DNA of 64,000 bases from an uncultured Alphaproteobacteria bacterium (lineage in GTDB: Bacteria > Pseudomonadota > Alphaproteobacteria > ATCC43930 > CGMCC-115725): NCBI GenBank assembly GCA_963729845.1, contig CAVSQC010000013.1, positions 23,261 through 87,260 on the forward strand, in the 5' to 3' direction. This document shows positions 29,780 through 38,560 of the stretch, one piece after another. The notes beneath the pieces are model-generated. The model had not been told where the DNA came from and made no database searches. It saw only the letters and a program-made list of their open reading frames with translations. The translations under genes were made by a program, and so were the position numbers. Position 1 is the stretch's first letter. Each line of letters begins with the position of its first letter.

Positions 29780-30736
29780 CTACGCCTGATTGCGGTTTTC
29801 TTGCTCGCCGCAAGTCCGCCGATAAGTGAGACGGCGACCGACGATCCCCGGTAATGATTTCTGGAAGCGCTCGAAATCCGACACCTTCAACCCTTCACGT
29901 TCGTTGTAGCGGTAATCGAACTCGCCGAGATAGCGCTTCAGGTGTTGAGCGCTGACGCTGTGATAGGTGCCGGTGATCCCGCGTTTCAGGATCGAGAAAT
30001 AGCCTTCAATCGTGTTCGTGTGCGCGTCGCCGCGAACATACTCACCGATTGAGTGATTGACCTTCTGATGTTTCGGAAAATCGCGGTGCAGGTTGCGGTT
30101 CTCGCCCGCGTCATCCGTCATCAAGGCCGCGTCCATACTCAACTGTTCGTTCAAGATCGGGCGCAATGTGTCGGCGCTCACCGAAGGAACATGACGGGAG
30201 CGGACCTTGCCCTTGCGCTCGACCAGTGAATAGACAATCTCCTTGCCAGCGCCGCCGACCGCGCTGGTGCGCTTGTCGCGGTGCTTGTTCTTTTCCTTCC
30301 CACCAACATAGGTCGCGTCGCCCTCAACCGCCTTACCGCCGCCACCCATCTGCTCCAACACACGCGGCGGCAGGCTTTCACGGATACGGTGCATTAGGAA
30401 CCAAGACGACTTTTTGCTGATCCCGAGCAAGCGGCCAATTTCGAGCGAGCTAATGCCCTTCTTGCCAGCCATCAGCAATTGCGTTGCGGCGAGCCATTTG
30501 TGTAGCGGGATTTTGCTGCGCTCGTACAGGGTGCCGACTGTGACGGTGAACGGCTCGCGGCAAGCATTGCACTGGTAGAGGCCGGGACGATGGCTTTCGC
30601 CTTTTAGCAAGGTGGAATTGTCCACCACGCCACAATGCGGGCAGAACCGACCATGCGCCCAGATTTGCGCTTCCAGCCATTCGCGGGCCGCTTCCTCGTT
30701 GTGGAAGATCGGGTTTGACAAAAGTGCTTCGGACAT
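29780..30736 (-). CDS. IS1595-family transposase (zinc ribbon + ISXO2-like DDE domain)
   Basis: Uninterrupted 318 aa. N-terminal CPHCG...CNAC zinc ribbon, HKWLAATQLL, DATYVGGKEKNKH. The start is 41 nt inside the right IR. Confidence 0.9.
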   Translation of the reverse strand: MSEALLSNPIFHNEEAAREWLEAQIWAHGRFCPHCGVVDNSTLLKGESHRPGLYQCNACREPFTVTVGTLYERSKIPLHKWLAATQLLMAGKKGISSLEIGRLLGISKKSSWFLMHRIRESLPPRVLEQMGGGGKAVEGDATYVGGKEKNKHRDKRTSAVGGAGKEIVYSLVERKGKVRSRHVPSVSADTLRPILNEQLSMDAALMTDDAGENRNLHRDFPKHQKVNHSIGEYVRGDAHTNTIEGYFSILKRGITGTYHSVSAQHLKRYLGEFDYRYNEREGLKVSDFERFQKSLPGIVGRRLTYRRTCGEQENRNQA

Positions 30737-30776
30737 GCTCGGCTCCCTTGAATGAGGCCGATTACATCATGTTGTG

Positions 30777-30802
30777 CATGTTATGTCAAGGTGAGAGTTC
30801 CC
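30777..30802 (-). repeat. Right terminal inverted repeat
   Basis: Exact reverse complement of 26767-26792. Confidence 0.85.
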
Positions 30803-30836
30803 CCCTCAAGGGGGGAAGGGGAATCTAGGAGATGCC

Positions 30837-32670
30837 GTGACCGCAGCGCGCCGCCTGGCCGCAATTCTCGCCGTCGATGTCGCGGGCTATTCGCGGCTCA
30901 TGGGCGAGGACGAGGCCGGCACGGCCAAGGCCGTGCGCGAGCATCGCGAGGCGGCGCGGCCGGTGGTGCAGGGGCTTGGCGGCCGCATCGTCAAGACCAT
31001 GGGCGACGGCGTGCTGTTGGAATTTCCCTCGGTGGTCGCCGCCGTCGAATGCGCCATCGCCCTGCAGAAACTCATGGTCGGCCGTAATGCCGACGTGCCC
31101 GAGGGCAAGCGCATCGTCTATCGCATCGGCGTCCATCTCGGCGACGTGCTGATCGACGGCGACGATATTTTGGGCGACGGCGTCAACATCGCGGCGCGCC
31201 TCGAAGCCATCGCCGCGCCGGGCGGCATCTGTCTCTCCGGCATGGCGTATGAGTCCGTGCGCGGCAAGGTCGAGGCGGACTTCACCGATCTCGGCGAGCG
31301 CGAGTTGAAGAACATCGCCCGGCCCGTGCGGGTTTATGCGAGCGCGCCTCAAGACACTTCCGTCGTCCCCGCGAAAGCGGGGACCCAGGGCGACCGTGCG
31401 TCGCTAACCCTGATTCCCGCTTACGCGGGAATGACGAAAGTGGGGCGATGGCGCAAAAGGAAAATTCGCCGCCCCGTCTCTCCATCGTCGTGCTGCCGTT
31501 TGCCAATATTGGCGGCGACCCGGAGCAGGAATATTTCGTCGACGGCGTCACCGAGATCGCTCACTACCGACCTGTCACGCATCTCGGGAAGTTTCGTGAT
31601 CGCGCGCAACACGGCATTCACGTTCAAGAGCAAGCCGGTCGACGTGAAACAGATCGGGCGCGAGTTGAACGTGCGCTACCTCCTCGAAGGCTCGGTGCAG
31701 CGCGGCGGCAACCGCATGCGTGTCAACGTGCAGCTCATCGAAGCCGAGACCGGCATTCATCTTTGGGCCGAGCGCTTCGATAAGCCGGTGGCCGATCTCT
31801 TCGACATGCAAGACGAGATCGTTGCGTATCTTGCTAACCAGTTGAACACGCAACTCGTCGTTGCCGAGGCCCGTCGCGCGGAGCGGGCGCCGCTTCCCGA
31901 TTCGATGGACCTCTATTTCCAAGGCACTGCCTGCTTTCACAAGGGGTATAACCCCGAAAACCTCGCACAAGCACGCCGCTATTTCGAACGCGCCCTGGCG
32001 CTCGATCCCAACAATATCGAGGCGTTGGCGGGCGAGGCGCTGGTTGATGTTGTTATTGGCGGCGGTGTGATGAGCGAAGATCGCGTTCTCCGTATCGCCG
32101 CCGCTGAAGCTGCCGCAAACAAGGTGCTGTCAGTGGCACCGAACCACGCCCCCGCTCATTACATTTTGGGCTTTGTCCATATTGTTACCAACCGCGCGGC
32201 GCAGGGCATGGCCGAGTGCGAGCATGCGCTGGCATTAGACCGATAACCTAGCCGCAGCCCATGCGATGATAGGCCTCGCGAAATCCGTCCTTGGACGCGC
32301 GGAGGAAACGGAGGGCCATGTCCGCGAAGCGCTCCGGCTTAGCCCACGAGAAATTACCGCCAATTCGTGGATGCACCTCGCCGGCGGCGCCAAACTGGTT
32401 CTCGGCAGGGACCAAGAAGCGGTTGCCTGGCTGCGCCGGTCCATTGAGGCCAACCGAACTTACCCTCTCGCGCATTTCTATCTCGCCGCTGCCTTGGTTC
32501 ATCTCGACCGATTGGAGGAGGCGCGGGCCTCCGTGCAGACAGGACTGGTGCTGGATCCGACCTTCACCATCCGCCGCTACCGCGCAGGCGCATCGAGCGA
32601 CAATCCGACCTATCTGGCGCAGCGCGAACACATCTATGACGGCATGCGCAAGGCCGGGGTCCCGGAGGGT
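30837..32670 (+). pseudogene. Class III adenylate/guanylate cyclase domain + TolB-like + TPR protein, disrupted by a REP and frame breaks
   Basis: RRLAAILAVDVAGYSRLM ... GDGVNIAARLE cyclase domain. REP-B inside the linker. PRLSIVVLPFANIGGDPEQEYFVDGVTE is out of frame (own ATG at 31448). Breaks at 31556 and 32244. No stop after ...GVPEG. Confidence 0.75.
31361..31438. repeat. REP family B copy inside the cyclase reading frame
   Basis: Inverted copy of 5568-5646, translated as VVPAKAGTQGDRASLTLIPAYAGMTK. Confidence 0.8.
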
Positions 32671-32688
32671 GAGCCCGAAAAGCCCGCG

Positions 32689-33890
32689 CCGCCGCGCCTC
32701 TCCATCGTCGTGCTGCCCTTCGCCAATCTCGGCGGCGACCCGGAGCAGGAATATTTCGTCGACGGCGTCACCGAGATCGCTCACTACCGACCTGTCACGC
32801 ATCTCGGGCAAGTTTCGTGATCGCGCGCAACACGGCGTTTACCTACAAGGGCAAGCCTGTCGACGTGAAGCAGATCGGCCGCGACCTCAATATCCGCTAC
32901 GTCCTCGAAGGCTCGGTGCAGCGCGGCGGCAACCGCATGCGGGTCAATGTCCAGCTCATCGACGCCGAGACCGGCAACCACCTTTGGGCCGAGCGTTTCG
33001 ACAAGCCGGTCGCCGACCTCTTCGACATGCAGGACGAAATCGTCGCCCGCCTGGCGAATCAACTGAACGCCGAACTGATCGAAGCGGAAGCGCGGCGCGC
33101 CGAAAAAAAGCCAAATCCCAATTCAATGGATTTCTATTTCCAGGGGCGGGCTTGGTTGAACAAAGGCATCGCACCCGCCAATCTGACGCCAGCCGGTAAT
33201 TTCCTCGAACGGGCACTGGCACTCGACCCCGACAATGTGGAAGCGTTGGTCGCAACGGCATACCTTCGCGCGCTTCGCGCAGCAGCACGGCTGGCGGACG
33301 ACGTGACAACGTCGCTATCGGTCGCTGAAGAAAATTTGAACCGCGCTCTTATTATCGCACCGGACTATGCCCAGGCGCATCACGCCCTCGGCACGGTGTA
33401 CAACTCCACCAAACGCGCCGCGCTGGGCTTGTCCGAATGCGAACACGCGTTGACCCTCGACCGCAATTTAGCCATCGCTTATGGCGGCATGGGCCGCTCC
33501 AAATTATTGCTCGGTCGAGCCGAGGAAACGGAAAATCATGTGTTGGAAGCGCTCCGTCTCAGCCCGCGCGACAGTCTGGCCTTTGCCTGGATGAATGTCG
33601 CCGGTTATGCGAAATTGCTTCTCGGGCGCGATGAAGAGGCCATTGTGTGGCTGCGCCGCAGCATCGACAGAAATCGCAATCTGAACAATTCGCACTATTG
33701 GCTCGCCGTTGCGTTGACTCGGCTTGGACGGACCGAGGAAGCAAAGGCCGCCGCGCAGATCGCGCGCCAACTTAATCCCGACTTCGTCAAACGCTTGCGG
33801 TCGGATGTTTGGAGCGACGACCCGGTCTACCTCGCTCAATTTGAGCGGGTCATGGACGGTCTCCGCGCGGCGGGGTTGCCGGAAGGATAG
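32689..33890 (+). pseudogene. Tandem duplicate of the TolB-like + TPR module (no cyclase domain, no own start), two frame breaks
   Basis: PPRLSIVVLPFANLGGDPEQEYFVDGVTE / SLTTDLSRISG / FVIARNTAFTYKGKPVDVKQIGRDL... Breaks at 32776 and 32809. Ends at ...AAGLPEG TAG. Confidence 0.7.
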
Positions 33891-34025
33891 TCGCCGGACC
33901 GCCTTGACGAACGTATAATCCTTATTATATACGTCTAAAACGTATATCTAGATGCGATCCCGCACGAAATAATCGCAACGTGACACAACCTTTTGTAGAA
34001 TTAGCTGCAAATTCCCTGCAGATGC

Positions 34026-34053
34026 AGCAAAAGCCGGCACCGCGCCGCCGGCT
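34026..34053 (-). terminator. Rho-independent terminator of the PAS-domain gene
   Basis: Minus strand reads AGCCGGC-GGCGCGGT-GCCGGCT followed by TTTTGC. The stem overlaps the stop codon. Confidence 0.6.
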
Positions 34054-34570
34054 AGCGGGCGAGGACGGGCAGCGTGTCGAGGGCGATGCGCTCGGTGCGG
34101 GGTGGCTGCGCCTTCCACACCGGGTCGGAGGAATGCGGCACCAGGATGCTGATGAGGAAATCGCAGCGGTGGCCGTCGGTCGCCAGCGGCATCACCAGCG
34201 CCTCGACGTTGAGGTTGCGGTGGCCGATGATGTGGTTGAAGTGCCGCTCCAGCGCCGGTCGGCCGGTGTTCGCGACCTGGCCGAGATGGTCGTGCGCCAT
34301 GTCGATCCAGGCCTTGCTGGCGCCTTCGTCGACATATTTGCCGGTCAGGTCGTAGCCGACCCAGCGTGCCGTCTCGGTGCCGTGGATGCGATAGCGGAAC
34401 CGCATAGGGTCGCGATAGACGTCGAGCAGCGACAGCATCCCGAGCACGCCGCGGAACAACAGCGGGTCGAAATCGGCGCGCCTAGGACAAGGCGCGTCGC
34501 GGCGTAGGCGCAGCCAAGCATCATAGGCGCCGGCCAGCGAGGGCGAGAGCAGGTCCATTCGGTGAAGCAT
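34052..34570 (-). CDS. PAS domain-containing protein (PAS_5/DUF1457-like)
   Basis: 172 aa. PCPRRADFDP ... DPMRFRYRIHGTE ... motifs are typical of this alphaproteobacterial family. Confidence 0.75.
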   Translation of the reverse strand: MLHRMDLLSPSLAGAYDAWLRLRRDAPCPRRADFDPLLFRGVLGMLSLLDVYRDPMRFRYRIHGTETARWVGYDLTGKYVDEGASKAWIDMAHDHLGQVANTGRPALERHFNHIIGHRNLNVEALVMPLATDGHRCDFLISILVPHSSDPVWKAQPPRTERIALDTLPVLAR

Positions 34571-34754
34571 AAGATTTCTTTGGTAAAAATTTGGTCAAAC
34601 ACGCTCGGATCGGCCATGGGGGGACACAATGAACGCCCATAGCGTTATTGGCGCGTATCGCCGTTCACGGGGCCCGTCACGCCGCGTCGCGGGCGGTCGC
34701 GGGACTTTGATTGGTGCGTGTACGATATTGTGACTATGTCTGGCGTGTGGCGGC

Positions 34755-34830
34755 GTAGGGCGGAATAGCGTCAGCGTATTCCGCCACTGGACGCCGTCGC
34801 GGCGGATCACGCTTCGCTGGTCCGCCCTAC
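34755..34830. repeat. REP family D (GTAGGGCGGA ... TCCGCCCTAC with two internal hairpins)
   Basis: GGCGGAATA-N8-TATTCCGCC and GGCGGATCA-N7-CTGGTCCGCC, bracketed by an inverted GTAGGGCGGA. Confidence 0.65.
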
Positions 34831-34849
34831 ATAGAGGAGTTCGTCGGTC

Positions 34850-35827
34850 ATGTTGGTCAAATCGAAGCGCGGATGGGAAATCCCCGAGAGCCAGGCGACG
34901 CCGGAAAGCGTCTATGCCAATCGCCGGACGCTGCTGAAGGCGATGGGCTTGGGCGCGGTGGCGCTGGCGGCCGATTTGCCGTTCCGCCGGGCCTTTGCCG
35001 GCGCGCCGGCGGACGACCCGTCGGCCAAGCTCTACCCCTTCAAGCGCAACGACACGTTCAAGCTCGACCGGCCGATCACCGACGCGAAGTATTCGACCGA
35101 CTACAATAATTTCTACGAATTCAGCACCGACAAGGAACTGGTCGACCTGGCGCAGAAGCTGCCGGTCCGGCCGTGGACCGTCGCCGTCGACGGCATGGTG
35201 GAAAAGCCGTTCCAGATCGGCATCGACGATCTACTGGCGAAAATGGCGCCGCATCTCGAGGAGCGGCTTTATCGCCACCGCTGCGTCGAGGCCTGGTCGA
35301 TGGCGGTGCCGTGGAGCGGCTTCGGCCTCAAGGAATTCGTGGCGATGTGCAAGCCGCTGTCCTCGGCGACCTATCTCAAGATGATCACCTTCATGAATCC
35401 CGACGTGGCGCCGGGGCAGGGTGCGTTGTTTTATCCGTGGCCCTACACCGAAGGCTTGACCATGGACGAGGCGACCAACGAGCTCGCGTTCCTGGTCACC
35501 GGCATGTACGGCAAGCCGGTGCCGAAGCAGGACGGCGCGCCGCTGCGGCTCGCGGTGCCGTGGAAATATGGTTTCAAGTCGGTCAAGTCGATCGTGAAAT
35601 TCACCTTCACCGACAAACAGCCGCGCACCTTCTGGGAGGATCTCCAGGAGAGCGAGTACGGGTTCTGGGCCAACGTCAATCCGCAAGTGCCGCATCCGCG
35701 CTGGAGCCAGGCCACCGAGCGCGTGATCGGTACCGACGATCGGGTGCCGACCCAGATGTGGAACGGCTACGGCGACTATGTCGCGCACCTCTACGACAAA
35801 CTGAAAGGCGAGCGCCTTTTCGCATAA
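34850..35827 (+). CDS. msrP: Protein-methionine-sulfoxide reductase catalytic subunit MsrP (YedY)
   Basis: SD AGAGGAG. Tat-type signal RRTLLKAMGLGAVALA. Molybdopterin oxidoreductase core. Uninterrupted 325 aa. Confidence 0.85.
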   Translation: MLVKSKRGWEIPESQATPESVYANRRTLLKAMGLGAVALAADLPFRRAFAGAPADDPSAKLYPFKRNDTFKLDRPITDAKYSTDYNNFYEFSTDKELVDLAQKLPVRPWTVAVDGMVEKPFQIGIDDLLAKMAPHLEERLYRHRCVEAWSMAVPWSGFGLKEFVAMCKPLSSATYLKMITFMNPDVAPGQGALFYPWPYTEGLTMDEATNELAFLVTGMYGKPVPKQDGAPLRLAVPWKYGFKSVKSIVKFTFTDKQPRTFWEDLQESEYGFWANVNPQVPHPRWSQATERVIGTDDRVPTQMWNGYGDYVAHLYDKLKGERLFA

Positions 35828-35957
35828 AGTATCATTATTTCAGTAGTTTAAGAAATAATGGCGATTGTGTGGTGCCATATCGCGTTATAACCTGCTGGTA
35901 ATGAATGTCTTTCTGCTATATTCTGGAGCGCAAATCCGGATTTGGCGGAGAGACTTC

Positions 35958-36200
35958 ATGATGTCGCGAATGATTCTTGTGGCGGTGCTGGGCGCGAGTC
36001 TTCTGGTCGCGGCCTGCGGCGCCAATCCCGGTGATCGGGCGGTGACCGGCGCCGGCATCGGCGCCGCGAGCGGCGCGCTCATCGGCGCGTTTTTCGGCGC
36101 CCCGCTGATCGGTGCCGCCGCCGGAGCAGCCGCCGGCGGCGCGGTGGGCGCCGCCACCACGCCGTCGCAGGTGGATCTGGGCAAGCCGGTTTGGGAGTAG
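35958..36200 (+). CDS. Glycine-zipper lipoprotein
   Basis: Lipobox LLVAAC followed by GAGIGAASGALIGAFFGAPLIGAAAGAAAGGAVGA. Confidence 0.7.
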   Translation: MMSRMILVAVLGASLLVAACGANPGDRAVTGAGIGAASGALIGAFFGAPLIGAAAGAAAGGAVGAATTPSQVDLGKPVWE

Positions 36201-36256
36201 GCACCGCGCCGCCATTGTGTTAGCAGGGGATATGTCGGTATGGGCGGAGGCGTGAG

Positions 36257-36583
36257 GTGTTGGTTGCTCGCTTCCCGGTGTTGGGAGCGTTTGCTTCGGT
36301 CATGATCTTGTTCGGCCCGGCTACCGCCGATGCCCGCAGCGGCATGATCGGCTTCGGTTTCGGGCCCTGGTGGGGGCCGTACGATGCCTACGCGCCGCCG
36401 GCCTACGCCTATCCGCCGCCGGTCTATTCCGTGCCGCCGCCACCGCCGCGGCGCGGCGCCGCCGCAGCGAAGCTGGGACCGTGCCGCGAATTCGAATCGA
36501 CGGTGATCGTCGACGGCCAACAGCGAATCGCTCGGGGCTTGGCCTGCCCGCAACCGGACGGCAGCTGGCGGATCGTCCGATAA
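36257..36583 (+). CDS. Exported Pro-rich protein of unknown function
   Basis: Signal peptide, then YAPPAYAYPPPVYSVPPPPP, then a Cys-framed C-terminal segment (CREF...ACPQPDGSWRIV). Confidence 0.55.
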   Translation: MLVARFPVLGAFASVMILFGPATADARSGMIGFGFGPWWGPYDAYAPPAYAYPPPVYSVPPPPPRRGAAAAKLGPCREFESTVIVDGQQRIARGLACPQPDGSWRIVR

Positions 36584-36670
36584 AAAGATTCTTCGCGAGC
36601 AAGTGCGAGCGCGCGCCGTTAGGCGCGGAAGCCAAGCGAGCGGACGCGTGCGCCGGCGACTGAGGCCAAA

Positions 36671-37570
36671 TTAGCTGTTTCTGCCTTCGGCGACCTTGCG
36701 GACTAGGAATTCGCGGAACACCGCGATGCGCTTCGAGGAGCGGAGTTCCTCGGGGTAGACGAAATAGGCTTCGCCTTCCGGACCTTGCAACTCCGGCAGA
36801 ATCCGGGTCAGGCCTTCGGCGTCGGCGGCCATGAAATCGGGCACCGCGCCGATCCCGACGCCGCTTTGGACCGCCCGCAGAATGGCATGGGCATTGTTGA
36901 TGGAGAGAATCGGCCGACGCTCCTGGCCGGGCTTCAGTCCAGCCTCCATCAGCCAGTTGATGTTGCGCACCGGCGGCCGTCCGTCCTCGCCATAGACGAT
37001 GATGCGGTGACGGTTGAGGTCGTCGACCTTTTTCGGATTGCCGTGCTTCTTCAAGTACTCGGGAGAAGCATAGATGTGATAGCGCACCGACATCAGATGA
37101 CGCTGCACCAAATCCGGCTGGCGCGGCGGCGTCATGCGGATCGCGACGTCGGCCTCCCGCATCGACAGGTCGAGCTCGCTGTCGTCGACCAGCACCGTGA
37201 GCTGGATTTCCGGATAGAGGTCGAGGAATTCGCGAATCCGCGGGGTCAGCCACGCGGAGCCGAACGACACGGTGGTGGTGACCTTGAGCGGACCCCGCGG
37301 CCGGTCCTTGCTCTCGGTCAGCATCGATTCCGTCATCGCCAGCTTGCCGAACACTTCGCGGGCCGTCCGGTAGAGCAGATCGCCCTGCTCGGTCAGGATC
37401 AGGCCTCGGGCATGGCGGTGGAACAACGGCACCGACAGGCTCTCCTCGAGGGCGCTGATCTGCCGGCTCACGGCGGACTGGCTCAAATTCAGCGCCTCGC
37501 CGGCGTGGGTGAAGCTGCCCGCCTCGGCGACGGCGTGAAATACCCTGAGCTTGTCCCAGTCCATCGCCAC
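36671..37570 (-). CDS. LysR-family transcriptional regulator
   Basis: N-terminal HTH (FHAVAEAGSFTHAGEALNLSQSAVSRQISALE) plus a substrate-binding domain. 299 aa. Confidence 0.9.
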   Translation of the reverse strand: MAMDWDKLRVFHAVAEAGSFTHAGEALNLSQSAVSRQISALEESLSVPLFHRHARGLILTEQGDLLYRTAREVFGKLAMTESMLTESKDRPRGPLKVTTTVSFGSAWLTPRIREFLDLYPEIQLTVLVDDSELDLSMREADVAIRMTPPRQPDLVQRHLMSVRYHIYASPEYLKKHGNPKKVDDLNRHRIIVYGEDGRPPVRNINWLMEAGLKPGQERRPILSINNAHAILRAVQSGVGIGAVPDFMAADAEGLTRILPELQGPEGEAYFVYPEELRSSKRIAVFREFLVRKVAEGRNS

Positions 37571-37576
37571 GGCGAG

Positions 37577-38551
37577 TTATTCCGCCGCCTTGAGGGTCGC
37601 GGCGGCTTCTTCTTCGGCGAGGAACCGCTCGGCCTCGAGCGCCGCCATGCAGCCCATGCCCGCCGCCGTCACTGCTTGGCGGAACAGCTTGTCCTTGACG
37701 TCGCCGGCCGCGAACACGCCGGGAATCGCCGTCGCCGTCGAATCCGGCGCGGTGACGATATAGCCGTCGCGGTCGAGCTCGAGCTGGCCCTTGAACAAGG
37801 CGGTCGATGGGTCGTGGCCGATCGCGACGAAAAATCCGTCGCAGGCGATCTCGCTCAACGACCCGTTCAGCACGTTGCGGACACGAATGCCGGTGACTTT
37901 CGGCGGCTCCGGCTCGCCGAGGACTTCCTCGACCACGCTGTTCCAGACGGCGCGGATTTTCGGATTGGCGAAGATGCGGGCCTGCATCGTCTTGTCGGCT
38001 CGCAACTGGTCGCGGCGATGGATCAGCGTAACCCGGGTGGCATGATGGGTGAGATAGAGCGCTTCCTCCGCCGCGGTGTTGCCGCCGCCCACCACCACCA
38101 CTTCCTTGCCGCGGAAGAAGAATCCGTCGCAGGTGGCGCAGGCCGAGACCCCGAAGCCGCGATACACCGCCTCGCCCGGCACGCCGAGCCAGCGCGCCTC
38201 GGCGCCGGTGCAGATCGCCACCGCGTCGCCCTCGTAGAAATCGCCGGAATCGCCGCGGGCCACAAACGGCCGGCGCTTGAGGTCGATCGCGACGATGGTG
38301 TCGTTGATCAGCGTCGCGCCGACATGGGCCGATTGCTCGCGCATCGCCTCCATCAGCTCGGGGCCCATGATGCCCTTGCCGAAGCCGGGATAATTCTCGA
38401 CCTCGGTGGTGATGGTGAGTTGGCCGCCCGGCGTCAGGCCGGAGACCAGGATCGGCGCCAGATTGGCGCGCGCCGCATAGATCGCGGCAGTGTAGCCCGC
38501 CGGGCCGGAGCCGACGATCAACAGTTTGGTGCGATGAGTTTGCGTGGACAT
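37577..38551 (-). CDS. trxB: Thioredoxin-disulfide reductase
   Basis: GSGPAGYTAA, redox-active CATCDG, GGGNTAAEEA NADPH motif. 324 aa. Confidence 0.92.
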   Translation of the reverse strand: MSTQTHRTKLLIVGSGPAGYTAAIYAARANLAPILVSGLTPGGQLTITTEVENYPGFGKGIMGPELMEAMREQSAHVGATLINDTIVAIDLKRRPFVARGDSGDFYEGDAVAICTGAEARWLGVPGEAVYRGFGVSACATCDGFFFRGKEVVVVGGGNTAAEEALYLTHHATRVTLIHRRDQLRADKTMQARIFANPKIRAVWNSVVEEVLGEPEPPKVTGIRVRNVLNGSLSEIACDGFFVAIGHDPSTALFKGQLELDRDGYIVTAPDSTATAIPGVFAAGDVKDKLFRQAVTAAGMGCMAALEAERFLAEEEAAATLKAAE

Positions 38552-38560
38552 GGTGCGCCG

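Larger units (their letters stand above)
26767..30802. mobile_element. IS1595-family transposon with passenger genes (~4.0 kb)
   Basis: Perfect 26-bp terminal inverted repeats. 8-bp direct repeat CCCTCAAG at 26759-26766 and 30803-30810. AT-richer interior. Single zinc-ribbon/DDE transposase at the right end. Confidence 0.85.

Noticed and set aside
31553-31560. Programmed +1 ribosomal frameshift at GAG-A-TCG, shared by the two TolB-like/TPR copies
   Set aside because: There is no slippery heptamer, rare-codon pause or downstream structure. Both genes carry additional unrelated frame breaks, so a shared mutation or systematic error is more parsimonious. It is retained as a finding for verification.
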